From Patescibacteria group bacterium (GTDB taxonomy: Bacteria > Patescibacteriota > Microgenomatia > Curtissbacterales > GWA2-41-24), in contig JBBTUN010000004.1 in the NCBI GenBank assembly GCA_038063735.1, positions 12,111 through 76,110 on the forward strand: a stretch of DNA of 64,000 bases. The letters run 5' to 3'. Under the pieces are notes generated by a model that did no database searches, was not told where the DNA came from, and saw only the letters and a list, made by a program, of their open reading frames with translations. Shown one piece after another: positions 9,855-20,279 of the stretch (position 1 is the stretch's first letter; every line of letters starts with the position of its first letter). The position numbers were made by a program, and so were the translations under genes.

Positions 9855-10608
9855 TATAGGCCCGATCACCTTTCACCTCTACGGCTTCATAATTGCACTT
9901 GGAGCAGTAACAGGTTGGGTTATTGCTAAAAAAAGGGCAAAGTATTATAAAATTCCGGAAAAAATATTTGATGATTATTTTTTGCTTATACCTCTGATTT
10001 TGGCAGTGGTTGGAGCAAGAATTTATCATGTCTTGGACTACTGGGATTTTTATAAAACAAATTTTTTACAAGTGTTCTATATTCAAAACGGTGGCTTGGG
10101 CCTTTGGGGGGCAATTGCCGGAGGTATTTTAGGGTTGTTTTTGCTTTGCACTGTCAAAAAAATAAATTTTCTTGCAAGTCTTGACTTAATTGCTCCTTCG
10201 TTTGCACTTGCCCAGGCAATCGGCAGAATTGGTAATTATATTAACCAGGAGGGATTTGGTCCGCCTACAAATTTACCATGGAAAATTTTCATCGAGCCTC
10301 AAAACCGGCCATTAAGCTTTATTACCAGCAGTTATTTCCATCCAACATTTTTTTATGAGGCGTCACTGGACTTAATAATATTTGCTTCCCTGCTTTACTT
10401 TTCAAAAAAGGTAAAAGGAAACGGAAGAATTTTTGGTACCTATTTAATCCTTTATTCTACAATCAGGTTTTTTATTGAATTATTAAGAATTGATACTTGG
10501 GTTTTGGGGGGAGTAAAAGTAGCGCAAGTAATATCAATTTTTGGCATAATCGCGGGAATTTATCTTCTCATTGCAAAAAGTAAAACCAAGCCAAGCCGCT
10601 TAACGTAA
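9835..10608 (+). CDS. lgt: prolipoprotein diacylglyceryl transferase
   Basis: GARIYHV, AQAIGRIGNYINQEGFG, HPTFFYE, RFFIELLR. Confidence 0.95.
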   Translation: MIQPQFNIGPITFHLYGFIIALGAVTGWVIAKKRAKYYKIPEKIFDDYFLLIPLILAVVGARIYHVLDYWDFYKTNFLQVFYIQNGGLGLWGAIAGGILGLFLLCTVKKINFLASLDLIAPSFALAQAIGRIGNYINQEGFGPPTNLPWKIFIEPQNRPLSFITSSYFHPTFFYEASLDLIIFASLLYFSKKVKGNGRIFGTYLILYSTIRFFIELLRIDTWVLGGVKVAQVISIFGIIAGIYLLIAKSKTKPSRLT

Positions 10609-10625
10609 GCTAAAACACACGGCGC

Positions 10626-10663
10626 TTGACACAAATTAGCACTCATGGTATGCTCTCTGCTAA
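10626..10663 (+). promoter_or_regulatory. lon promoter with overlapping CIRCE-like (HrcA) element
   Basis: TTGACA (10626)-17 nt-TATGCT (10649) with extended TG; TTAGCACTC-N10-CTCTGCTAA (10636-10663). Confidence 0.7.
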
Positions 10664-10745
10664 CAGGGGGTGCATAGATATCACAGGTTAGTGTTAGAAT
10701 ACAAGTGAACCTCGATACCATTGTGCTTACAGCTATTTAAAAAGT

Positions 10746-13166
10746 ATGGCAACTTTTATAGATCAACAAAAACCCAGGTTAAAAAGTGAGATACCAATTG
10801 TCCCCCTTAGGGATACAGTAGTTTTCCCGTCGTCCATGGTTCCTATAACTGTCGGCAGGCCAAAGGTTAAATTAGGCCTCGATTCGGCGTGGGCAAGCGA
10901 CCGGCTGGCAATATTTGTCGCTCAAAAAAATCCACGCATTGAAAATCCGGCTCCAAACGATATTTATTCTGTCGGCACAGTTGGTCTTATACGACGCCTT
11001 TGGAAAGTAGATAACGAATATAACCTGGCAGTAGAAGGTTTATCTCGGGTATATCTAAAAGAATTCAGCCAGATAGATCCCTATCTCGCTGTAAAAGTTG
11101 AAGAAATCCCGGAACTTTCCCAAAAAACAGAAGAAATTGAGGCACTCTTCAGAAACACCCTGGCAAAAATAAAGAAATATGGTGAGCTGGGCGGTGTTTT
11201 AACACTCGAGTCGTCAATCCACATATTTTCAACAGACGACCCAAATCAACTTGTAAATATTATTGCTGCCTCAATTGACCTTAAGACCACAGACAAACAG
11301 CAAATCCTGGAAATGACGGACACCAAGACCAGGCTTAACCGTCTGTCGGAGCTTTTAACACGCGAAATAAGAATTTTAGAAATCTCTTCAAAAATTGATA
11401 CCGAAACACAAGAAAGAGTAGGTAAAGTTACAAAAGAAGCAATACTTCGCGAAAAGATGAAATCTATAGAAAAAGAGCTCGGTGAAGATGACGACTCTAA
11501 AGAAATCGTAGAATTTAAAAAGAAAATTAAAGAAGCCACAATGCCCCAGGAAGTTAGACTCAAAGCAGAAAGAGAGTTAGCAAGGCTTGCAAAAATGTCC
11601 TCGTACAACCCGGAATCATCCTATATACGCACATATTTGGAGTGGCTTGTCGACCTACCATGGAAAGTAACTGATAAAAGACACGCCGATGTCGATCTGG
11701 CTGCAAAGGTTCTCGACGAAGATCACTACGGTTTGCCAAAAGTAAAAGAAAGAATCCTCGAATACCTCGCGGTGCATAAGTTAGTTGGCAAAATAAGAGG
11801 CCCAATTTTGTGTTTTTACGGTCCACCTGGCGTTGGGAAAACCTCAATAGGTAAATCGATCGCCCGGGCGCTCGGTAGAAAATTCATAAGAGTATCTTTG
11901 GGAGGTGTCCATGATGAAGCGGAGATTAGAGGCCACAGAAGAACGTATGTTGGTGCTCTTCCCGGAAGGATCATACAAGGTATTAAGAATTCCGGAGCAA
12001 AAAACCCGGTCTTTATGCTGGACGAAATCGATAAAATCGGAACAGACTTTAGAGGTGATCCTTCGTCTGCACTTCTTGAAGCTCTGGACCCGGAGCAAAA
12101 CAACTCTTTCTCGGATCATTATTTGGAAGTTGCTTACGACCTTTCGGATGTCATGTTTATAACAACTGCAAATGTTCTTGACACAATTCCACCGGCGCTT
12201 CGTGACCGGTTAGAAATCATTAACTTCCCGGGCTACACAGAGGAAGAGAAATTTCAAATCGCTAAAAAGTTCTTAGCGGGCAAACAACTGGAAGCACATG
12301 GTCTTAAAAGTAGTCAACTGGAAATTACAGACGCAGCTCTTAAAGAAATAATTTCCAAATACACCAGAGAAGCAGGAGTAAGGGAACTTGAGCGAGAAAT
12401 TGCGGCAGTACTTAGAAAAGTTGCCAAAAAACTCGCGTCCAACAAGTATCAGGGAAACAAAATTATTAAAATTGGACCAAGACAACTTAAAACCTACCTT
12501 GGCGCGCATAAATATTCAAAAACCATTGCCGAAAAACAAGACGAGGTGGGTATGTCGACAGGATTGTCCGTAACATCGGCAGGTGGAGAGATACTCTTCG
12601 TGGAGGTTACGCCAATGCCAGGGAAAGGCGCACTAATCCTAACGGGTCAACTGGGTAATGTTATGAAAGAATCAGCCCAAGCTGCCCTGTCCTATGTAAA
12701 GTCCAGAGCCAAGGTTCTGGGAATATCAGAAAGCAAGGTATTTAAAACGGACATTCACATTCATGTCCCCGAAGGCGCCGTTCCTAAAGAAGGCCCATCT
12801 GCAGGTATTGCAATAACTACGGCGCTAGTTAGTGCTCTAACCAAAATTCCCATAAGACGCGAAGTTGGTATGACCGGTGAAGTAACGCTAAGGGGTAGAG
12901 TACTGGAAATTGGCGGAGTGAAGGAAAAAATTCTTGCTGCCCACAGGGCAGGCTTAACAACAATAATTTTGCCAAAAGCAAACGCCAAGGATTTGGAAGA
13001 TATCCCCAAAAATGTCAAGCGAGACCTGCAATTCATTTTGGCAGAACATATGGACGAGGTACTTAAAGTTGCCCTAAAAAAAGCCTTACTGCAAGACAAA
13101 ACCTCTGTAAAAGTAGCAGACACAAAAGAAGAGGCCGAGATATTTCCAGCTCCAAGCACGAACTAA
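10746..13166 (+). CDS. lon: ATP-dependent protease La
   Basis: LON N-domain, GPPGVGKTS, RRTYVGALPG, PKEGPSAG. Confidence 0.97.
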   Translation: MATFIDQQKPRLKSEIPIVPLRDTVVFPSSMVPITVGRPKVKLGLDSAWASDRLAIFVAQKNPRIENPAPNDIYSVGTVGLIRRLWKVDNEYNLAVEGLSRVYLKEFSQIDPYLAVKVEEIPELSQKTEEIEALFRNTLAKIKKYGELGGVLTLESSIHIFSTDDPNQLVNIIAASIDLKTTDKQQILEMTDTKTRLNRLSELLTREIRILEISSKIDTETQERVGKVTKEAILREKMKSIEKELGEDDDSKEIVEFKKKIKEATMPQEVRLKAERELARLAKMSSYNPESSYIRTYLEWLVDLPWKVTDKRHADVDLAAKVLDEDHYGLPKVKERILEYLAVHKLVGKIRGPILCFYGPPGVGKTSIGKSIARALGRKFIRVSLGGVHDEAEIRGHRRTYVGALPGRIIQGIKNSGAKNPVFMLDEIDKIGTDFRGDPSSALLEALDPEQNNSFSDHYLEVAYDLSDVMFITTANVLDTIPPALRDRLEIINFPGYTEEEKFQIAKKFLAGKQLEAHGLKSSQLEITDAALKEIISKYTREAGVRELEREIAAVLRKVAKKLASNKYQGNKIIKIGPRQLKTYLGAHKYSKTIAEKQDEVGMSTGLSVTSAGGEILFVEVTPMPGKGALILTGQLGNVMKESAQAALSYVKSRAKVLGISESKVFKTDIHIHVPEGAVPKEGPSAGIAITTALVSALTKIPIRREVGMTGEVTLRGRVLEIGGVKEKILAAHRAGLTTIILPKANAKDLEDIPKNVKRDLQFILAEHMDEVLKVALKKALLQDKTSVKVADTKEEAEIFPAPSTN

Positions 13167-13219
13167 AAAGCTTGCATACTTTCTAACAATTTTGTTATGA
13201 TTCCTGACAAAATCCGTCC

Positions 13220-15238
13220 ATGAACTTTTTTCACTTAAGTCCTGAACTGGCTCTGCCTTTTGCCTTGGCTGCAGCAACTGCAGCTATTTTGTATGGAGTT
13301 ATCACATCTTTTAGGATCATTTCAATGGATGCAGGCAACGCAAAAATGCGTCAAATTGCAGACGCCATTTCCGAAGGGGCTTCTGCATATCTCACTCGTC
13401 AATATTCGGTAATTGCAATTGTTGCGGCAGTAATATTTATTGCATTAACCTTCCTACTTTCTCTTCAAACCGCAATTGGATTTTTAATTGGAGCCATAGC
13501 GTCATCAGCATCCGGTTTTATCGGAATGAACATTTCGGTAAGAGCAAACGTAAGAACAACCCAGGCGGCAAGACAGGGCATAGCGAAGGCACTTTCTGTC
13601 GCTTTTGCAGGTGGCTCTGTTACCGGCTTTTTAGTGGTCGGACTTGCACTGCTCTCTGTTGCTGGTTATTACGGTGCAACGGGAGATATTCAGGGATTAA
13701 TAGGGCTGGGTTTTGGAGGTTCATTAATCTCAATTTTTGCTCGTCTTGGAGGAGGAATTTTTACAAAAGGTGCTGATGTTGGAGCAGATTTGGTTGGAAA
13801 AATGGAAGCCGGTATCCCAGAAGACGACCCAAGAAACCCGGCAGTAATTGCAGACAATGTCGGTGACAATGTGGGAGATTGTGCAGGTATGGCCGCAGAC
13901 CTTTTTGAAACATACACAGTTACACTTGTTGCCGCAATGCTATTGGGTTCAATATTATTTCCAAATTCCCTTAACGCTATTTTGTACCCTTTGGCACTTG
14001 GTGGGGTTGCAATTATCGCCTCAATTATCGCGACTTTCTTCACAAAACTGCCAAAGAATAAAAGTATAATGGGTGCCCTTTACGCCGGTTTGATTGTTGC
14101 AGCAGCACTTTCTGTACTAGGATTTTACCCAATAACTATCATTATGATGAATGCGAACGGTTTAATAGATCCCGTGAACATTTACTTTTCCAGCGTAGTT
14201 GGAATTGTAGTAACTATGTTAATTGTGCTAATTACAGAATATTACACGGCAACTAAATTTAATCCGGTTAAATCCATTGCCCTTGCGTCAACAACCGGTC
14301 ACGCAACAAACATAATGGCAGGCCTTGCGGTTTCCTTAAGATCTACATTTTTGCCAATTGTTGTTATTAGTTTGGGCATTCTTTGCGCTTTTTCTTTAGC
14401 TGGTCTTTACGGAATTGCAGTTGCTGCAATGGCCCTTCTTTCTCTAGCCGGAATAATCATCGCAATCGACGCTTATGGCCCAATCACAGATAATGCAGGT
14501 GGCATTGCAGAAATGGCCCAGCTTCCAAAAGAAGTTCGTGATGTAACAGATCCACTGGACGCTGTTGGCAACACAACCAAAGCAATCACAAAAGGTTATG
14601 CAATTGCGTCAGCTGCCTTGGCTGCGCTGGTTTTATTTGCCGCTTATGCGCAGGATTTGGCCAAAGCAGGGTTCAGTGTAGAATTTTCAATAACAGATCC
14701 TTACGTTGTTATTGGTCTTTTCCTTGGTGCGTCACTACCTTTTCTGTTTGCCTCCTATGCCATGGAAGCCGTTCAGAAAGCAGGAGGAGCGGTTGTTGAG
14801 GAAGTTCGGCGCCAATTTAAAGAAATACCTGGAATACTCTCTGGAAAAGGCAAGCCGGAGTATGATAAAGCTGTGGATATCGTCACCAAAAAAGCCATTC
14901 AGCTAATGATTGTCCCCGCGCTTATTCCAGTTCTTGCCCCAATTGTCGTTGGTCTAACTTTAGGGCCAAAGGCTCTTGGCGGCTTACTAATGGGGTCAAT
15001 TATTTCAGGAATCTTTGTTGCTGTTTCCATGACAACGGGCGGAGCCGCATGGGATAACGCCAAAAAATATATAGAAGCGGGAAATTACGGCGGAAAGGGG
15101 TCAAATGCCCACAAAGCAGCTGTTACCGGGGATACAGTTGGAGACCCCTACAAAGACACTGCAGGACCGGCAATTAATCCTATGATAAAGATTATTAATA
15201 TAATTGCCCTTCTTTTAATACCCTTTTTAACTCAATAA
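13220..15238 (+). CDS. hppA: membrane-bound ion-translocating pyrophosphatase (K+-independent signature)
   Basis: [49 protein letters not shown]. Confidence 0.95.
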   Translation: MNFFHLSPELALPFALAAATAAILYGVITSFRIISMDAGNAKMRQIADAISEGASAYLTRQYSVIAIVAAVIFIALTFLLSLQTAIGFLIGAIASSASGFIGMNISVRANVRTTQAARQGIAKALSVAFAGGSVTGFLVVGLALLSVAGYYGATGDIQGLIGLGFGGSLISIFARLGGGIFTKGADVGADLVGKMEAGIPEDDPRNPAVIADNVGDNVGDCAGMAADLFETYTVTLVAAMLLGSILFPNSLNAILYPLALGGVAIIASIIATFFTKLPKNKSIMGALYAGLIVAAALSVLGFYPITIIMMNANGLIDPVNIYFSSVVGIVVTMLIVLITEYYTATKFNPVKSIALASTTGHATNIMAGLAVSLRSTFLPIVVISLGILCAFSLAGLYGIAVAAMALLSLAGIIIAIDAYGPITDNAGGIAEMAQLPKEVRDVTDPLDAVGNTTKAITKGYAIASAALAALVLFAAYAQDLAKAGFSVEFSITDPYVVIGLFLGASLPFLFASYAMEAVQKAGGAVVEEVRRQFKEIPGILSGKGKPEYDKAVDIVTKKAIQLMIVPALIPVLAPIVVGLTLGPKALGGLLMGSIISGIFVAVSMTTGGAAWDNAKKYIEAGNYGGKGSNAHKAAVTGDTVGDPYKDTAGPAINPMIKIINIIALLLIPFLTQ

Positions 15239-15912
15239 ATAATTCTTCTAGGTTTGGTGGAAGAACTTGACTCAATAACCAGAGATGGTTGCGGAGAAGG
15301 ATTAGGAGATACTATTGGGTCACTATCAAAATCAGTTAAAACTTTATACCTTCCCTTAAGTCCTGGCTTCATTTCGTCAAGACCGCTTACGAATTTGCTA
15401 AATGAGGCGATACCTCTATCCAGCGCACCATTTTTGACACCATTTTGTTCGCCATCGTTTTCAAGAGCAACTAGAATTGTTTCTTGATATCCTAAATTAG
15501 CTGCAATTTTTTCAACAATTGGTAATATCTCTTGATTTTGAGACCTTGCTTTGAACAATTGGTCTTCCGTTCTAACTAACGCCTTACCGTATGCGCTCAT
15601 CGCATTGCCCATGCCTTTATAATCCCCACTTCTTGCAAGCAAGTACGCCTCCTTCAACCTTTTTGAAGAAAGCACATAATCAAATTGTGCCCGATCACGG
15701 CTTGAAGCTTTAAAAAACCTTGAAAATAACTCTTTTGTGCGAACAAGATAATAAAAAAAGCTTGTCGGTAAAAATCTAACGTGTGTGGTATTGTCAAGAG
15801 CCTCATTTACTTGCCCGCCAGTTACCTGGTCGTATTTAATGTCCTGGGCAAAGACGAAAGACGAGTTTAAAAGAAGTGCAGCAGCTATAACACAGACAAT
15901 AAAATACCTCAT
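15232..15912 (-). CDS. secreted helical protein, DUF5667-like
   Basis: signal peptide; [15 protein letters not shown] and SKRLKEA resemble DUF5667. Confidence 0.55.
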   Translation of the reverse strand: MRYFIVCVIAAALLLNSSFVFAQDIKYDQVTGGQVNEALDNTTHVRFLPTSFFYYLVRTKELFSRFFKASSRDRAQFDYVLSSKRLKEAYLLARSGDYKGMGNAMSAYGKALVRTEDQLFKARSQNQEILPIVEKIAANLGYQETILVALENDGEQNGVKNGALDRGIASFSKFVSGLDEMKPGLKGRYKVLTDFDSDPIVSPNPSPQPSLVIESSSSTKPRRIIY

Positions 15913-15940
15913 TTAAAATATCTTTTTACTAACAAGAAAA

Positions 15941-16016
15941 TGGTAGCTCCAACGGGAATCGAACCCGTGTTGCCAGATTGAGAATCTGGAGTCCTAGGCC
16001 ACTAGACGATGGAGCC
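15941..16016 (-). tRNA. tRNA-Glu (CTC)
   Basis: GGCTCCA/TGGAGCT acceptor stem, CCAGA-TTCTCAA-TCTGG anticodon arm, GGTTCGATTCC T-arm, encoded CCA; 76 nt. Confidence 0.97.
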
Positions 16017-16116
16017 CTAAGCAAAAACCAATTATATAAAAAACCGGTTGCTCTAAGCAATAAATTGGCGCTAGAAATAGTTGACCTGTTGTGATAACAT
16101 AGCCACTCCTTAACCA

Positions 16117-16941
16117 ATGGGTACGCCAATGTCAGAACCCACTTTCAGAGCAATTTTCAACCAAAACCAGCTTCGTACAATCAGGCAAGTTGCAAGACAA
16201 GCTAACTGGCCGATGACGTTTGATTTGGGAAATCCCCGAGGAGATATGCCTGAAGGTGAAGAACTTTATCGAGGGAGAATAGTAGGTTCATCTGAAGGTG
16301 AAATAATTGCCCTTAGATCGCAAGACATGATTGATAATATTGCAGAAGGCAGGTTTGATTTTGCTGCCATTGGTAGCGATGTAGTCGAAGAATTTTTTAA
16401 CCACAGATTTATAGAACTGGGACGCATACCTGTCGGGCGCAAACTACCCCCAATAAGGCCTAGACTAGAACTTGCTGCCCTGGCAACATCGAAGGTTAGT
16501 AATCCTGAAGAGATTCCTGATGGTTCTATAGTGATGTCGGAAAGAGAAAGAATAACAAAGAAGTATTTTGAAGATAGAGGTAGAAGGGTTCTAGTGAAAT
16601 CACCTCATGAAGACATGCTGGAATTCAGAGAAAAAGTAATGCAGCCAAATACCATTGGTATCAGATTAATCCTGGGAACAGGCCCGGTTCAGCTCGAACC
16701 TTACGCTCCGGATTCATACTTTTTGATCATGGTCAACGAAGAAGGTAGTACGATAAACGATTACCACCTCAAAGTTATTGATAAAATTCGTGATATTGAC
16801 ACAGTATTTCTAACAACAGAAAGGTCAATGACCAGTGATCAAACAAGAGGGTCAGTATTACAGCTTGCTCGAGAGCTTGAACAAACGTTTTTTAGAATAA
16901 AAGGAGAATATGAAGCCAGCGGACAAAAAGAGAGACAATGA
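16117..16941 (+). CDS. divergent ATP phosphoribosyltransferase (HisG)-like protein
   Basis: LRSQDMIDNIAEGRFDFAAIGSDVVEE, RLELAA, ITKKYF and EEGSTINDYHLKVIDKI follow the HisG motif order. Confidence 0.6.
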   Translation: MGTPMSEPTFRAIFNQNQLRTIRQVARQANWPMTFDLGNPRGDMPEGEELYRGRIVGSSEGEIIALRSQDMIDNIAEGRFDFAAIGSDVVEEFFNHRFIELGRIPVGRKLPPIRPRLELAALATSKVSNPEEIPDGSIVMSERERITKKYFEDRGRRVLVKSPHEDMLEFREKVMQPNTIGIRLILGTGPVQLEPYAPDSYFLIMVNEEGSTINDYHLKVIDKIRDIDTVFLTTERSMTSDQTRGSVLQLARELEQTFFRIKGEYEASGQKERQ

Positions 16942-16947
16942 TTATTC

Positions 16948-16976
16948 TTGACAAACACTTAAGTTAGCAATAAAAT
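16948..16976 (+). promoter_or_regulatory. sigma70 promoter of greA
   Basis: TTGACA-17 nt-TAAAAT; implies the start codon is 16993, not 16975. Confidence 0.7.
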
Positions 16977-16992
16977 GCGTTTCCCTGCTTAC

Positions 16993-17463
16993 ATGCAAAG
17001 CGTAAATAAGAAATTTATATTAACTAAAGAAGGCCTTAATAACTTACGGGAAGAGTACCACGAATTAATCTCCATACAAAGACCGGCAATCACCAGACGA
17101 ATCCAAAACGCCAGAGAATTCGGTGATCTGGCGGAAAACTCAGAATACGACGCAGCCAAAGAAGAGCAATCTCTAATTGAAGCGCGTATTGCTCAACTAG
17201 AGGCCGTCTTACCAAAAGCTCAAATTATTTCTCAGCCGCAAATAACAGATTTTGTGGTAATTGGATCCACGGTAGTTGTTGAAATGAATGACGAGATACA
17301 TGAATTTCAAATAGTGGGTTCAATGGAAGCAGACCCTACAGCCAAAAAAATATCCAACGAATCTCCGGTAGGAAAAGCACTTTTAGGTTTAAGAGCCCAA
17401 GAAGCCATACGGGTTGCCTTCGGACCTGTACAAAGCAAGATTAAAGTCCTCGAGATCAGATGA
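16993..17463 (+). CDS. greA: transcription elongation factor GreA
   Basis: AREFGDLAENSEYDAAKEEQ, ISNESPVGKALLG. Confidence 0.95.
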   Translation: MQSVNKKFILTKEGLNNLREEYHELISIQRPAITRRIQNAREFGDLAENSEYDAAKEEQSLIEARIAQLEAVLPKAQIISQPQITDFVVIGSTVVVEMNDEIHEFQIVGSMEADPTAKKISNESPVGKALLGLRAQEAIRVAFGPVQSKIKVLEIR

Positions 17464-18821
17464 GCCTTTCCCCTCCGATTGTTAACTTTCCAGTTAAAGA
17501 CCTGGATTTAAATTCTAACGAAAAACAAGTTCTGGATTTACTTGTTGAGGCGGCAAGGTTAGTAGCACCAATTTACCAGGAGCAAGAAAACATAAAGCAA
17601 CTTGGCGCAAATTTCTATCCACACGACGCAACCAAAGAAGAAATTTTAAAAGCGGCTAAGGTTGATCCCCAAATCTTTTCTCCATACACTATGGTGGAAA
17701 GAGATTCAAAAGGCAAATTAATAGCCCTCCCTTATCACATTAAATTTAAAGCTTACCTTAATAAGATTTCAAAACTTATAGACAAAGCCGCATCTATAAC
17801 CGAAAACCATGCTTTTGCACATAGGTTATCACATTTGGCTCACTCGCTACTGGACGGCAATTACGAACTAAGTGACATTTACTGGACAACAATGAAACCT
17901 TATAAAATCGACATCGCACTTGGTCCAATAGACAGGCTCGACGATAGAATGTTTTTTAAAAAGGCATCTTATGAAGCTTGGGTGGGAATCATTGACGAGC
18001 CAAAAACCGAGCGTGCTAAGTTCCTGCAAAAGTCGATTTACGAAGTAAGAAGAAAAACCTTCACGCCATCAGAAAAAGCTAACTTTTTGGACAAAACAAA
18101 ACTACGGGTAGACAGAACGCTACTTTTCTCAGGCCTTTTTGCCAGGGGAATGTATACATCAAATAGTTTGCCTGTAGACCCGATTTTAATGGAAAAATAT
18201 GGCATAATAATAACTTTTTTTGACACCAGCCTCAGCGTAAAATTCAAAAACCAACACTTACCAATCTTCGAAAAAATTTTTGAGAAAGAATTTCAATCGG
18301 ACTACTCCCCAGACCTTTTAAAAGAAGGCTCTTTTCGCAATGTACTACTTCACGAAATTGGCCACTCGCTCTTAAGGTACAAGGACGCAGAAGAAAGGCT
18401 CAAGGAGCTATTTCCGATTATCGACGAGCTTTCGGCAACCATTTATGGCATAAAATGCTGCGGGTCTCTTGTCCTCAAAGGAATAATGTCTGAAAAAGAA
18501 CTAGAGGCCATTATGATTATGTTCGTCTGCCGTGCATTCACTTGGTGGATAGATTCAAAAACCCACCCATCCTCAGAGGCTTTTGCCATTGGCCACGCTG
18601 TAGCGCTCAACCATTTCATACAAAGCGGTGCATTGCGAGAAGCAGATGGGATTTCTTGGCCAAACTTTAACAAAATGTTCTTAGCCATCGAAGAACTATC
18701 GGATGACCTTGAAAGGCTGATTTCTACCGGTAACTATCACGATTCAAAGGCATATATTGATAAATATGGGTCATTTATGGTATATTCTCGCTTCACATCA
18801 CGCCTAAAAGGCTTAGTTTAA
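17460..18821 (+). CDS. peptidase M49 (dipeptidyl peptidase III)-like zinc hydrolase
   Basis: GANFYPHD, SPYTMV, NVLLHEIGH and downstream DELSA. Confidence 0.75.
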   Translation: MSLSPPIVNFPVKDLDLNSNEKQVLDLLVEAARLVAPIYQEQENIKQLGANFYPHDATKEEILKAAKVDPQIFSPYTMVERDSKGKLIALPYHIKFKAYLNKISKLIDKAASITENHAFAHRLSHLAHSLLDGNYELSDIYWTTMKPYKIDIALGPIDRLDDRMFFKKASYEAWVGIIDEPKTERAKFLQKSIYEVRRKTFTPSEKANFLDKTKLRVDRTLLFSGLFARGMYTSNSLPVDPILMEKYGIIITFFDTSLSVKFKNQHLPIFEKIFEKEFQSDYSPDLLKEGSFRNVLLHEIGHSLLRYKDAEERLKELFPIIDELSATIYGIKCCGSLVLKGIMSEKELEAIMIMFVCRAFTWWIDSKTHPSSEAFAIGHAVALNHFIQSGALREADGISWPNFNKMFLAIEELSDDLERLISTGNYHDSKAYIDKYGSFMVYSRFTSRLKGLV

Positions 18822-18822
18822 A

Positions 18823-20238
18823 ATGAGTTCTGAAGGTCTTGGAACAATTAGCGGCCGAGAAGGCCCAAATTTTTTGACAGAAGGTACCAATATACAAAGT
18901 AACCTTCCGACACGTCCTATAGAGGAGATTGAGGCGGAAAAGCGCTCTCTAGAGAGAATTTCCAAAGCTGATAGAGAAAATGTCATTGGTCTCGATTTAT
19001 GGCTAAGGGAACAAGCAAAGGAACGTGCACAAAAACCCCAACCTAATGGTGCAATAGATCACACCCCAAAATTCGTTGTCGATGGTTATATTTATCGGCC
19101 TCGCAGGCCAGATTTAATACCGCACGTTTCATTGGAAGAGGCAATAGTTAATCTCGATAAAACTGTTAAAAGCATTAATGATTTAAAGATTCCCGAGCTT
19201 ACGGATGATTGGACTGTGATTCGAGACAGCAGGGCAGGTCTCTCTGTTTATCTTCAAGAAACCATTAGAGCAAACAAAGGGGAAGAGTTATCACCGTATG
19301 ATTCTTTTGTTAGCCAGGTCGCCGGATATGATACAAGATTAATTCCAAATCCAACCCTAGATAACGGTTTACTGAAAATTGCAGATATACTTGGAAGAAT
19401 GGGTGAAGTTGCATCCGAGGGTCCGCACTCTACCGACACATTAAGAAGAGCAGCTGCACGCAGAAGCGATAGAACAAGATTGTCAAATAAAGATTTCAAA
19501 AACGCATTTAGAAGAGCAGAATTTAGAAATCGTGCACGGCTTTCTGAAATATTAGGTCACGATCTAAGTAAAGTTAATTTTGATTTTACTTGGGAACAAG
19601 ATGATGCATTTTGGATGTTCTGGGAAGAAATCGGCTTAGAGGGCGATCGTTTGAGAGTTAATGAACACGAAAGGCACGATCCAAAGCGCGATATAGGGTA
19701 TGCCGGAATGTATGGTGGTCACGAGCCCGCTCATTTTTACCAAGCACACGAAGTAAGAACCGCTATTAAAGATAAGAAACTAGATCCTTCTGTTGGTTTA
19801 CTGTTAATTCCAGGGCCGGCATGTTATCAGCTAGAAGGTCTTGCACAAACTGTTGGTGATCTAGCAGGCTTTGAAACAACTCTCGACGAAAAACTGGCTG
19901 TAGAGTTGTATCGATTGGAGAAAAGAGCTTTATCAAACGCGCTGATCTATGTGCATCGAGGAAACAGTATTGAAGAAGTTGCAAAATGGCTTCAAAAATA
20001 TGCCCTAAAAAATAGACTAGCCGTAAGCAAAAAACTTCTAGAAGAAGGAACTACAAAACCTTTCGAGCGGGCTTATTTAGGGCTATATGGTCGAGTAGAT
20101 TACGACTTGATGCAACTAAATGACGCATTCGGCGACATTTCACCCCTCATTCCAATTTGGTTTAGAACCCCACAAACGCCTGATAGGATGATACCGCAGC
20201 CTATGAGGCAAGTAATCAAGTACGCAGATGCTGCATAA
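18823..20238 (+). CDS. hypothetical protein with zincin HExxH...E motif (DUF885-like)
   Basis: GGHEPAHFYQ and QLEGLAQ. Confidence 0.5.
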   Translation: MSSEGLGTISGREGPNFLTEGTNIQSNLPTRPIEEIEAEKRSLERISKADRENVIGLDLWLREQAKERAQKPQPNGAIDHTPKFVVDGYIYRPRRPDLIPHVSLEEAIVNLDKTVKSINDLKIPELTDDWTVIRDSRAGLSVYLQETIRANKGEELSPYDSFVSQVAGYDTRLIPNPTLDNGLLKIADILGRMGEVASEGPHSTDTLRRAAARRSDRTRLSNKDFKNAFRRAEFRNRARLSEILGHDLSKVNFDFTWEQDDAFWMFWEEIGLEGDRLRVNEHERHDPKRDIGYAGMYGGHEPAHFYQAHEVRTAIKDKKLDPSVGLLLIPGPACYQLEGLAQTVGDLAGFETTLDEKLAVELYRLEKRALSNALIYVHRGNSIEEVAKWLQKYALKNRLAVSKKLLEEGTTKPFERAYLGLYGRVDYDLMQLNDAFGDISPLIPIWFRTPQTPDRMIPQPMRQVIKYADAA

Positions 20239-20243
20239 CTTCG

Positions 20244-20272
20244 TTGCGAAAAAGTAACCCATCTCGTATACT
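20244..20272 (+). promoter_or_regulatory. lysS promoter, probably leaderless
   Basis: TTGCGA-17 nt-TATACT, 7 nt before ATG 20280. Confidence 0.65.
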
Positions 20273-20279
20273 TTAGGCC

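Noticed and set aside
12778-12810. Lon active-site variant PKEGPSAG instead of PKDGPSAG
   Set aside because: Conservative change; catalytic Ser and Lys are intact
15941-16016. tRNA as an integration site for an island
   Set aside because: No integrase and no duplicated tRNA 3' end seen in the window
15929-16129. 66 aa minus-strand ORF
   Set aside because: It overlaps the whole tRNA-Glu; spurious
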